This document shows, piece after piece, positions 42,840 through 50,024 of a stretch of DNA of 50,202 nt. The DNA lies in IMG/VR virus record IMGVR_UViG_3300045988_017301. The stretch is one strand, 5' to 3'. The stretch's first letter is position 1. Every line of letters begins with the position of its first letter. The notes under the pieces were generated by a model. The model did no database searches. It was not told the origin of the DNA and saw only the letters and a list, made by a program, of their open reading frames with translations. The position numbers and the translations under genes are program-made. The stretch is from a virus.

Positions 42840-44042
42840 GTTTTGTTGGTAAATTTGCACAGACTACCCCTCTTTTCGTTTTGCTCTCTGCTTATTCTAC
42901 TCTATTTATGCCAGTCTTGCCAGTTCTTCCTGGAACAATTCGCCGGAGGTTTTCCATCCGAACATCTCCCTTGGGTAGTCGTTGATCCAGTCCTCTACCC
43001 TCTGGATATCGTCCTCTGTCCGGTCATCGAAGTTCTCTCCCTTTGGTATCTTCCTGCGCACCAGTCGGTTCTGGTTTTCGTTGCTGCCACGCTCAAAGGA
43101 GCAGTATGGGTGGCAGTAGAACACGGTCACTCTCTTTTCGGACTCATCTGCTGCCGACTGCTGCATTCCCTCCCAGTCAGCGAACTCCGAGCCATTGTCC
43201 ACGGTTATGGTCTTGAACACCTGCCCGAATCGCTCTCCCCATTCCGCTTCTAACTGATCCAGTCGCTTGCAGACCTGCTCAGTCGTGTGCTCATATAAAA
43301 GGTATATGAGTTCGTTCCTGGTCTTTCTCTCTGTCAGTACCAGAAGGCTGTGTTTGCTTTCCCCTCTTTTACCTACCACTGTGTCCATCTCCCAGTGTCC
43401 GAATTCCTCTCTGGTGTCGATGTCCTCTGGCCGCTTCTCTATGCTTGTGCCTGCGTTGGCTCTCGCCTGCCTGCGTACTTTCTTATTCTTCTTTTTCCGT
43501 CTGCCTTTTACTGGGAGTTCCTTATTTGTGATTGTGAGGAATATTCCCTTGTCGATGTAACTGTAAAGGGTCGGCTTGCTGATCTCTGTTTCAAACTCTA
43601 ACCCTTTGGCTTTAATCTCTCCGAGGACTGCTCCGGGCGAGTATCCGTCCTCTGCTATCTTTGTTTCTATGTACTCTGCCAGTCTGTGGTCTTTGCCTAT
43701 CTTAAGGTCTGGACCCTTGTCTCGCAGGTTCTGTTGGTACTTATCCTCTGCGATGTCTGGGGAGTATCGATCTTCTATCGTTAAGTCTGAATTTGTGTGT
43801 GGGTATCTGCCCCGCTGCAATTCACGGTATATGGTGCTGACATGGACTCCTATCTGATCCGCTATCTCCTGCTTGCCATGTCCTGCTTTCAGCAGTGCTT
43901 CTATTTTTAATCTATCGGCTCTGGATAATTGCTTAAATCTACGCATGGTAACCACCTCCCTGTCTCTTTCTACTATTATCGGTGTTAAAGTTATAAATTT
44001 CAATAACAAAACACTTATAAATAAGGATAAGATACCAACAAA
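42840..44042 (-). mobile_element. Possible IS30-like element boundaries (weakly supported)
   Basis: The only short inverted matches flanking the gene are TTTGTTGGTA (42843-52) / TACCAACAAA (44033-42) and GTTTTGTT..AAATTT (42840-56) / AAATTT..AACAAAAC (43995-44012). I found no target-site duplication. Confidence 0.25.
42906..43946 (-). CDS. IS30-family DDE transposase/integrase
   Basis: N-terminal HTH, then ..GHWEMDTV.., ..ITVDNGSEF.., ..FYCHPYCSFERGSNENQNRLVRRKIPKG.. (the IS30 signature). ATG 43946 has GGGAGGTGG upstream. Confidence 0.9.
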   Translation of the reverse strand: MRRFKQLSRADRLKIEALLKAGHGKQEIADQIGVHVSTIYRELQRGRYPHTNSDLTIEDRYSPDIAEDKYQQNLRDKGPDLKIGKDHRLAEYIETKIAEDGYSPGAVLGEIKAKGLEFETEISKPTLYSYIDKGIFLTITNKELPVKGRRKKKNKKVRRQARANAGTSIEKRPEDIDTREEFGHWEMDTVVGKRGESKHSLLVLTERKTRNELIYLLYEHTTEQVCKRLDQLEAEWGERFGQVFKTITVDNGSEFADWEGMQQSAADESEKRVTVFYCHPYCSFERGSNENQNRLVRRKIPKGENFDDRTEDDIQRVEDWINDYPREMFGWKTSGELFQEELARLA

Positions 44043-44095
44043 GAAGTGGTGCTTTTAGGGTTATATTTTTGTTGAATTTATGGGTTATAAAAGAC

Positions 44096-44124
44096 TTGAA
44101 TACCTCCGCAACCCAAGGTAATAT
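44096..44124 (+). promoter_or_regulatory. Sigma-70-like promoter P1, TTGAAT-17-TAATAT
   Basis: ttgaat acctccgcaacccaagg taatat, about 45 nt upstream of ATG 44169. Confidence 0.6.
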
Positions 44125-44168
44125 ACAGACACTTAAAGGATAGCAAATAAAAAACGGAGGTGCTTTTT

Positions 44169-44345
44169 ATGAAGCAGATGAGAAATATTATTGATACATG
44201 GAATATGATTGAAAAGTATAACTTGCAGGGATGGGTAGAGAAAGATAGCACCGTGATTCTTCTTCCGGACAGCGAATACGAGAGACTTCTTGCCAGTGTT
44301 AAAAATCAGAAATATATTCGCAACTTGGTTCATTGTCAGCGATAG
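44169..44345 (+). CDS. Small protein (58 aa)
   Basis: GGAGG RBS. MKQMRNIIDTWNM..STVILLPDSEYERLLASV.. is faintly Phd/YefM-like. Confidence 0.55.
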   Translation: MKQMRNIIDTWNMIEKYNLQGWVEKDSTVILLPDSEYERLLASVKNQKYIRNLVHCQR

Positions 44346-44357
44346 GAGGGATTGGTT

Positions 44358-44597
44358 ATGACGCTCACATTAAAATTAAAACGCTACAAACTTATGGAGG
44401 AACACCGTTCCTGCGTCAGATCTGGTAAGCTGCAGGAGGCTCGCAAAATCCTTCGCTTTCTTTCCAGAGGTTATGTTCGGCTTGGTTTCGATGATGTTAG
44501 CTGGGCGGTCGAGCAGATTCTGGAATCATGCGGCTTCCATATCAGTATTAATTCACGAACCGGAATGGCTTCCTGTTCCGTTAACTGGGAGTTATGA
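44358..44597 (+). CDS. Small protein (79 aa), unknown function
   Basis: GGAGGG lies 7 nt upstream of ATG 44358. Confidence 0.55.
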   Translation: MTLTLKLKRYKLMEEHRSCVRSGKLQEARKILRFLSRGYVRLGFDDVSWAVEQILESCGFHISINSRTGMASCSVNWEL

Positions 44598-44672
44598 AAA
44601 GCCTTAAAATACCAACAAAAAGTGAGCCTTAGACGGCTCGGAAGTTTGTGCAGATTATGTGTTATAAATAAC

Positions 44673-44701
44673 TTGAATTTACCTCTTTTCCAAGGTAATA
44701 T
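44673..44701 (+). promoter_or_regulatory. Sigma-70-like promoter P2, TTGAAT-17-TAATAT (a duplicate of P1)
   Basis: ttgaat ttacctcttttccaagg taatat. Part of an approximately 130-bp diverged direct repeat of 44031-44165. Confidence 0.6.
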
Positions 44702-44733
44702 ACACACAACCTAAAGGAAAGGAGGTGCATCCG

Positions 44734-44853
44734 ATGAATTTGGATGATTTGGTTTCTAAAATAAATAAGCTGAGTAAAGTTGTTCGAGCCCTTACTCAGC
44801 TTGCATTGGAAATCGGAACGCTCGTAGCGGTTATCCGATTCATCATCTTATGA
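44734..44853 (+). CDS. 39-aa peptide with a hydrophobic C-terminus (MNLDDLVSKINKLSKVVRALTQLALEIGTLVAVIRFIIL)
   Basis: AGGAGG RBS 8 nt upstream. A 10-bp-stem hairpin follows at 44863-44886. Not in the ORF track. Confidence 0.5.
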   Translation: MNLDDLVSKINKLSKVVRALTQLALEIGTLVAVIRFIIL

Positions 44854-44926
44854 TGATGGCTTGGGGGAGGGGTTCACCTCTCTCCCTTGCTTCTCAAAAT
44901 ATACCACACGATTGGAGGTCTTGTCA

Positions 44927-45025
44927 ATGAAACGGTTATGTGTTTCAGTTTCGGTTCTGGCTTTTCGGATAGCGGAGTTGCTTATCGTGGTTTCTGGTCT
45001 GCTTCTCCTGCTTTCCAGAATGTAG
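44927..45025 (+). CDS. 32-aa hydrophobic peptide (MKRLCVSVSVLAFRIAELLIVVSGLLLLLSRM)
   Basis: TGGAGG lies 8 nt upstream of the ATG. A single predicted TM helix. Not in the ORF track. Confidence 0.45.
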   Translation: MKRLCVSVSVLAFRIAELLIVVSGLLLLLSRM

Positions 45026-45371
45026 CCGGTCCGTCCGGGGCAGTGCATCTGCTCCGGCTCTAACCCACCGATGTCTGGTCCCAAGTCCAGAAGGCGGAAG
45101 CGTGAGGGGAGCAAAGGACAATGCCATGTCTGAGTGATGTCTGACAAGTTTGCCTGGTTTTTAATGTGAAAGCCTTAAAGGTAGGAGGAGTTATTGGTTT
45201 TTACCGATTGCCTATCGCAACTCGTTGATTTTGTTTCCTGCGTTGCAGAGAAAGGGTTAGGTGATGTGTAGCCGAGCACGAGGTCTTATCTGGTGTACCG
45301 TAACACTGGACGCTCTCTCCAGTCGGGCGAGACCGATGGGCGACATGGCTTATTGTTCCTTTTTGAAAAAC

Positions 45372-45409
45372 GGCGATAAATTTCCGGCGGTAAAACTCCG
45401 GCGATAAAA
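45372..45409 (+). repeat. Three tandem (C)CGGCG(A/G)TAAA repeats with a period of about 13-14 bp
   Basis: cggcgataaa (45372), ccggcggtaaa (45386), ccggcgataaa (45399), 20 nt upstream of ATG 45429. Confidence 0.6.
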
Positions 45410-45428
45410 TCTGAAAGGATCTGATAAA

Positions 45429-45659
45429 ATGATTTATATTGATAAGTGCCGCACCGACCTCGGTGTTACCGTGGACGAGTGGGCGGTTGATGATAGATGT
45501 CGGTTCTCTGATTCCGGCAAGGTCGGCATAGGGACTGGTGTTCGTGTGCTCGATATTACTGACAAGTTTGGCGATGTTCTGGTTCGCCTTGTGATTTCGG
45601 ATTCCTGCTCTGACAATGTCAGCAGGTTCTCCTGCAGGGAGGTGTTGTCTCATGAATAA
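45429..45659 (+). CDS. Hypothetical 76-aa protein, translationally coupled to the HTH gene
   Basis: AAAGGA RBS. The stop overlaps the next start (CATGAATAA). Confidence 0.45.
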   Translation: MIYIDKCRTDLGVTVDEWAVDDRCRFSDSGKVGIGTGVRVLDITDKFGDVLVRLVISDSCSDNVSRFSCREVLSHE

Positions 45660-45861
45660 AGAACTGCTTGAGCCGATCATGCGTGCTCACGGAGATAAAA
45701 ACAAGGACTTGGCTGCGGCCATTGGTATGTCCGTTCCGAACTTCTCCACCATCTGGAATGGTCGTGGCGAGTTTGCTCTGAAGTATATCCGTCTCATTGC
45801 CCGGAGATATTCTCTTACCCCGGAGCAGGTCTATAAAATCTTTATCTTTCCGCAGGGGTAA
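45652..45861 (+). CDS. Small XRE/Cro-type HTH regulator (69 aa)
   Basis: GGGAGG RBS. ..KDLAAAIGMSVPNFSTIWNGRGE.. is an HTH. Confidence 0.7.
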   Translation: MNKELLEPIMRAHGDKNKDLAAAIGMSVPNFSTIWNGRGEFALKYIRLIARRYSLTPEQVYKIFIFPQG

Positions 45862-45919
45862 TCATTGCCCCTGCTTTTTCTTTGGCTTTCAAATCTGCCC
45901 CATTTAGGCAATAAAAAAG

Positions 45920-45946
45920 ACCCAGTGGGTGTTTGTTCCACTGGGT
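45920..45946. terminator. Bidirectional intrinsic terminator between the convergent HTH gene (+) and endolysin (-)
   Basis: ACCCAGTGG gtgtttgtt CCACTGGGT (9-bp stem), flanked by an A-run upstream and TGCTTTTCG downstream. Confidence 0.7.
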
Positions 45947-46108
45947 TGCTTTTCGTCTTATTCTGGCTGTCACGGTGCGCCACGCTCTGGGTTCTGCGTT
46001 GCGGTGTTCCCGACATTTATGTCGGTCACATCGTCCGGGTGCTTACCCCCTTTAGAACCCCCTCTGCGGCACATCATACCTCCACTCTTTTTATAAGTCA
46101 ATCGCCAA

Positions 46109-47152
46109 TTACAGAAGTTCATTGACCTTCTTCTGCACGGCTGCGTAGTCGTATCCGGCTGCCTTCAGCTTCTGCTTTCTGGTTTCGCCGTTGCCCCACT
46201 TACCTGCGATCACTTCCTTGGCTACCTCAGTAACGCTTTTCTGCGGTTTTACTCCAAGCTGTGCATTGACCTCTTTCTGGACTGTATCGTAGTCATATCC
46301 TGCTGCCTTGATGCGGTTCTTTCTGTCATCGCCATTTCCCCACTGTCCTGCAATGACTTCCTTGGCGATTTCTGCCACGCTCTTTTTCGGTGCGGAGGTT
46401 GCTCCTGCAAGGCGGTTCACTTCTGCCTGCACCGTTGCGTAGTCATATCCGGCAGCAGCCAGTCTATTCTTGCGGTCATCTCCGTTTCCCCAGTCTCCTG
46501 CGAGCACTTCCTTTGCCACCTCAGTGACGGATTTCTTCTCGCCCTGGTTCTCTTTGATTTCCTCTCCGTAGTAGTAATCCATATCTACCTTGCCATCGAT
46601 GCCGCTTACTGTTCCGGAACTGGTGTACTGGTGGAATGCGCAGTCATAGTCCGGAGATCCTGTGTAATCTGCGAGCCAGTACACATACTTGGAGAGCACT
46701 TCGTCCGAATACATATTTCTGTGGTAGTCGATGTTGGAATAAACACCTGCCTTGTATCCATGGCTTTCCACATACTCGCAGAATGCCTTTGTAAATGCGA
46801 TGCACTCATTCTTTCCGAGGGTTACTCCCTTTGCCTTGGCTTTCTTTACAGTGTCGTACTCAAAATCGTAGAATACAATCACATCTTTTCCGAGACCTGC
46901 CTGCTCCATCTGCTTGATGCAGAATGCCGCCTCCTGCGCTGCCTGCTCTGCGTTGATCGCATAACTGAAATGATATACTCCCTTGATTTCGATGCCGTTC
47001 TTTCTGCAGCCTTCCACATACTGGCGGAACTTTGCGTCTACCGTCTGTGCGTATCCTTCACGAAGGATTGCGAACTTGATGCCGTCTGCTGCTACTCTGG
47101 CAAAGTCTACATTGCCCTGCCAATATGAAATGTCCATACCTTTGATTGTCAT
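46109..47152 (-). CDS. Endolysin: GH25 muramidase plus three Cpl-7-type cell-wall-binding repeats
   Basis: MTIKGMDISYWQGNVDF..GVYHFSY.. (GH25). Three repeats of ..VAKEV(L/I)AG(D/Q/K)WGNG..R...L.AAGYDY..VQ..VN. Confidence 0.9.
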   Translation of the reverse strand: MTIKGMDISYWQGNVDFARVAADGIKFAILREGYAQTVDAKFRQYVEGCRKNGIEIKGVYHFSYAINAEQAAQEAAFCIKQMEQAGLGKDVIVFYDFEYDTVKKAKAKGVTLGKNECIAFTKAFCEYVESHGYKAGVYSNIDYHRNMYSDEVLSKYVYWLADYTGSPDYDCAFHQYTSSGTVSGIDGKVDMDYYYGEEIKENQGEKKSVTEVAKEVLAGDWGNGDDRKNRLAAAGYDYATVQAEVNRLAGATSAPKKSVAEIAKEVIAGQWGNGDDRKNRIKAAGYDYDTVQKEVNAQLGVKPQKSVTEVAKEVIAGKWGNGETRKQKLKAAGYDYAAVQKKVNELL

Positions 47153-47182
47153 ATCTGTTTCCTCACTTTCTGTAATAAAATA

Positions 47183-47202
47183 GGGCAGCCTACTGGCCGC
47201 CC
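47183..47202 (-). terminator. Hairpin with a T-rich tail between the holin and endolysin genes (possible attenuator or partial terminator)
   Basis: Minus strand GGGCGGCC agta GGCTGCCC followed by TATTTTATT. Confidence 0.35.
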
Positions 47203-47220
47203 TGCTGCGTATGTTTCCTG

Positions 47221-47445
47221 TTACTGTTCCTCGGCATCATCCGAAGCACCGATGTTGGCGGAGTCGGTCAAGCCTTCCCCGATGATGTAAGCCACCACGG
47301 ACGCTCCTGCCATGATGAGTGCAGTTACCTGCGTTGCCGTGTTGTCTGTTCCGCCTGTGGCGAGGATCATCATTGAGACGAATGATGCCACTGCCGTCCA
47401 CAGTTTTCTGCTTGTGAGTTTTCTTACCCAGTCGATTTTCTTCAT
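47221..47445 (-). CDS. Putative holin
   Basis: 74 aa, two hydrophobic segments and an acidic C-terminus, immediately upstream of the endolysin. Confidence 0.65.
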   Translation of the reverse strand: MKKIDWVRKLTSRKLWTAVASFVSMMILATGGTDNTATQVTALIMAGASVVAYIIGEGLTDSANIGASDDAEEQ

Positions 47446-47460
47446 TGCTTTGTCCTCCTG

Positions 47461-47823
47461 TTATACAATTTGTTTTAGTGCCTGTTCGTTCAGAAAGTCC
47501 TTCTGTTCATGTTTGACCTTCTGAGCGTAGTCGAGTGCTGCGTGCATATCCCCATTGCAGTGTGCGTCTGGGATTCTCTGCACCGCTCTGGCTGTCGCTT
47601 CTCCGAGTGCCAGGGAAGCATTGACGCAGTTGATGATGCAAAGTTCATTCTTCTCTCGGATCTGCTCTCTGGCATCTACTTCCTTCTGCCGTTCTTCCCG
47701 CTCTGCTTTTTCCTTGTCGGCACGCTTCTGTATGCTCTGCTCGATGAGCCAGAAAAAGAAGCCAGTCAGTGCCGATGGGATACTCGCTGCCACGATGATT
47801 GCTGTCACATCCATGCGCTGCAC
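47461..47823 (-). CDS. Membrane-anchored coiled-coil protein in the lysis cassette
   Basis: N-terminal TM VTAIIVAASIPSALTGFFFWLI followed by a charged helix. Confidence 0.55.
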   Translation of the reverse strand: MQRMDVTAIIVAASIPSALTGFFFWLIEQSIQKRADKEKAEREERQKEVDAREQIREKNELCIINCVNASLALGEATARAVQRIPDAHCNGDMHAALDYAQKVKHEQKDFLNEQALKQIV

Positions 47824-47859
47824 CTCCTCTCTAAAAAGACCGCCTTGTCCAGACGGTCC

Positions 47860-48087
47860 TTAATTCTGATTTAATTTCTCACACCACTTGCATGGGTACT
47901 GCGTCATCGGTATGTGGTAATTTGTGCAGTGGGCACAGGTGCCGCTTTCCTTGCAGTCGAGGTCACATTCTTTCATGTGCTTATGGCAGTACCTGCTCCC
48001 ATGTGCGTGGGTACATTGGAAGTTATTTTGCCTTGGTTTCTGCCTTGTACTTCTCGCCTGTGATTTCCTCGTACTCTGCTTCATCAA
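47860..48087 (-). CDS. Cys/His-rich small protein. Start uncertain; the upper part overlaps the XkdX-like gene in another frame.
   Basis: ..CTHAHGSRYCHKHMKECDLDCKESGTCAHCTNYHIPMTQYPCKWCEKL. Confidence 0.4.
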   Translation of the reverse strand: MMKQSTRKSQARSTRQKPRQNNFQCTHAHGSRYCHKHMKECDLDCKESGTCAHCTNYHIPMTQYPCKWCEKLNQN

Positions 48088-48178
48088 TAGTTCCCTTCTC
48101 CACTCTGACCGCGATCTGTTCCTTTGTCAGCCTGCCTGCGGCATAAAGTCTTTTCAGACTGTCGATTAATACTCTCAT
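48023..48178 (-). CDS. XkdX-family small protein (51 aa)
   Basis: MRVLIDSLKRLYAAGRLTKEQIAVRVEKGTIDEAEYEEITGE.. matches the XkdX pattern. TAATG overlap with the upstream stop. Not in the ORF track. Confidence 0.7.
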   Translation of the reverse strand: MRVLIDSLKRLYAAGRLTKEQIAVRVEKGTIDEAEYEEITGEKYKAETKAK

Positions 48179-48441
48179 TATAACAATCCCTCCTCGATAA
48201 GCTGTGCGGTGTAATCATCAATCGCCTTGTCGGTATTGATCTGCTTAATGGATTCCAACATCTGGTATTCCGATACAGTGATTTCCCTGCTATCGCACTC
48301 CCAGTCGGTGTAGGCTTCCATGCCCTCGGTTGCTTCGTGCTGCACTTTCTTGATGTTCTTTCTCTGGATGTAGATGCCGTCAGCCACAAGCTGCAGCTCC
48401 TGCGGCTCCTCGGAGCATCTTTCCTTGGTCCATTCCTTCAT
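48178..48441 (-). CDS. XkdW-position small acidic protein
   Basis: AAAGGAGG lies 7 nt upstream of ATG 48441. 87 aa. It precedes the XkdX-like gene. Confidence 0.6.
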   Translation of the reverse strand: MKEWTKERCSEEPQELQLVADGIYIQRKNIKKVQHEATEGMEAYTDWECDSREITVSEYQMLESIKQINTDKAIDDYTAQLIEEGLL

Positions 48442-49603
48442 GGTTCTGCCTCCTTTTGATTTTTGATATTATTTTCTTAAGCCGGCCCACATGGATATAA
48501 GGTTTTATCCTGCTCTGGTAACAGTCATATGTGTCCGTGCAGGTAAACCATCCCATGTACGACAGCATGGCTTCGATGTGTCTGTGAAAGTATCCACGGT
48601 TCGCTTCCTTTGACCTCTCCATCTTCTTTGCCAACCGTGTTGCGGATAGCATGATGTTCTTTCTGATCAGCGTCTTGGTTCTGTAAAATATAAAACCCAT
48701 GAAATCCAGTGCCCTACCTATCTTCCGCTTGCCCTTCTCGTAGTAGAATTTGCATACCTGGTAGTTGTGCTTCAGCTTTAATCTGAAACGCTGACCGAGC
48801 ATCTTCCTTATCTCCACGATGGCTCTCTGGAGGACTTTCTTGCTGCTTGCGAATATGACGATATCGTCCATGTACCTTTGCAGCTTTGGCAGACCGAGCA
48901 CCTCTGTGATCAGTCGGTCGAGTGGTTCTAAGAGGTAATTTGCCAACCACTGGCTGATGTAAAATCCGAGAGGGATTCCTTTATTAAATCCCTGTAGGCA
49001 TAATCCGATGATGTATAAAAACCAGTCATCCTTGATTCGGATTGCCAGTTCCTTCATCAGAATTTTCAGCCGGATACTATCATAAAAGTGCCGGATATCC
49101 ATCTTTGCGAAGCACCGTGTTCCCTTCGGGTCATGCAAAAGCCACCGCTCTATCTGTCTCTTTCCGTAGTGTGCTCCACGCTTTGGGAACGAACCGCAGG
49201 AGTATGGATAGGCTGTGGCTGTGATGATTGGCTCTAATACCAGAACGATGATGTGGTGCAGCCATTGTTCATGAATTTCCGGCATATAAATTTTTCGTCT
49301 TTTCCCATGTTCGAAGATGATCTTCGGGGTTCTTTTCTTTGGCTTGTATGCCAGTTCCGGGTGTGGGACGTCCACTCCCTCCGGCTTTGTGTTTAGGATC
49401 ATGTCGTACATTTTCTGCACCTCATTATCGAGGTGTGCGTCTATGTACTGGATCTCTTTTCTCTTGGTTTTTCCTTTGCGTAATTTCTTATATGCTTTCC
49501 GAATGACATCATCCTTCAGCATTTGTTGATACAGATATTTGTACTCTTTGTGACCGTGTTTCGGTTCATTACGCAGATGGATTTCTGTGTGTGTTTTTCG
49601 CAT
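48380..49603 (-). CDS. DGR reverse transcriptase
   Basis: ..SCGSFPKRGAHYG.., ..KMDIRHFYDSI.., ..GIPLGFYISQWLANYLL.. (the DGR-type [LIV]GxxxSQ motif), ..RYMDDIVIF.., ..LDFMGFIFY... Adjacent to the TR. Confidence 0.9.
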   Translation of the reverse strand: MRKTHTEIHLRNEPKHGHKEYKYLYQQMLKDDVIRKAYKKLRKGKTKRKEIQYIDAHLDNEVQKMYDMILNTKPEGVDVPHPELAYKPKKRTPKIIFEHGKRRKIYMPEIHEQWLHHIIVLVLEPIITATAYPYSCGSFPKRGAHYGKRQIERWLLHDPKGTRCFAKMDIRHFYDSIRLKILMKELAIRIKDDWFLYIIGLCLQGFNKGIPLGFYISQWLANYLLEPLDRLITEVLGLPKLQRYMDDIVIFASSKKVLQRAIVEIRKMLGQRFRLKLKHNYQVCKFYYEKGKRKIGRALDFMGFIFYRTKTLIRKNIMLSATRLAKKMERSKEANRGYFHRHIEAMLSYMGWFTCTDTYDCYQSRIKPYIHVGRLKKIISKIKRRQNHEGMDQGKMLRGAAGAAACG

Positions 49604-49797
49604 TCTGCTGAGTACTCCTATAAGATATTTTTTCTTCTATCTCCTACGCACGGCAGGTGCGACCGCTTTACCGTGCGTCCTGTGTCGGACTCATTTCCAC
49701 TCATCTTCCCAGTAATGGTGAGTAAACCTTGTTTCAAAGGTCAGCGGTGTAGGAAGCAGGACTGCTTTGGGTTGTTATTCCGTTTAAGATAGAATAA

Positions 49798-49906
49798 GGC
49801 GGCCCCGATGTTCCAGTTGGCATTCCCGGCAGTGTTGTTCACATTCAAGTAGCGCAAACCATCATTCGTACCGTTGTTGCAATTACCGAACCGAAGGGCG
49901 ACCGCC
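49798..49906 (-). repeat. DGR template repeat (TR), 109 bp
   Basis: Matches 50061..50169 at 94 of 109 positions. In the target frame it reads ..FGNCNNGTNDGLRYLNVNNTAGNANWNIGAA (AAY-rich). Confidence 0.9.
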
Positions 49907-49973
49907 CGAGGTGACGCAGTCCTGCGCCCCTGTTATTCTTCCTTACGCTATTAAAATCCGATTTTGTTCCACT

Positions 49974-50000
49974 GGGGGAATTCTGCTAACGCAGACCCCC
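49974..50000 (-). promoter_or_regulatory. GC-rich hairpin downstream of VR and the stop codon. Candidate DGR target-recognition hairpin.
   Basis: Minus strand GGGGG TCTGC gtta GCAGA att CCCCC. An AGACCCCC tandem lies beside it. Confidence 0.5.
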
Positions 50001-50024
50001 AGACCCCCTATCACGGTGTCTTGC

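Noticed and set aside
42840-44042. Confident IS30 boundaries with terminal inverted repeats and a target duplication
   Set aside because: Only 10-bp perfect or 14/18 gapped inverted matches in A-rich sequence were found. No flanking direct repeat was seen, and one of the motifs also belongs to the duplicated promoter cassette. The evidence is too weak to fix the ends.
45201-45680. A 159-aa minus-strand ORF as a candidate repressor
   Set aside because: It has no Shine-Dalgarno sequence and an odd composition. It overlaps the well-supported plus-strand HTH gene and its coupled upstream ORF.
45933-45946. A 14-nt identity (TTTGTTCCACTGGG) between the terminator at 45933 and the DGR region at about 49963
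   Set aside because: By my rough estimate several such matches are expected by chance in a 50-kb sequence compared on both strands. There is no extended similarity around it.
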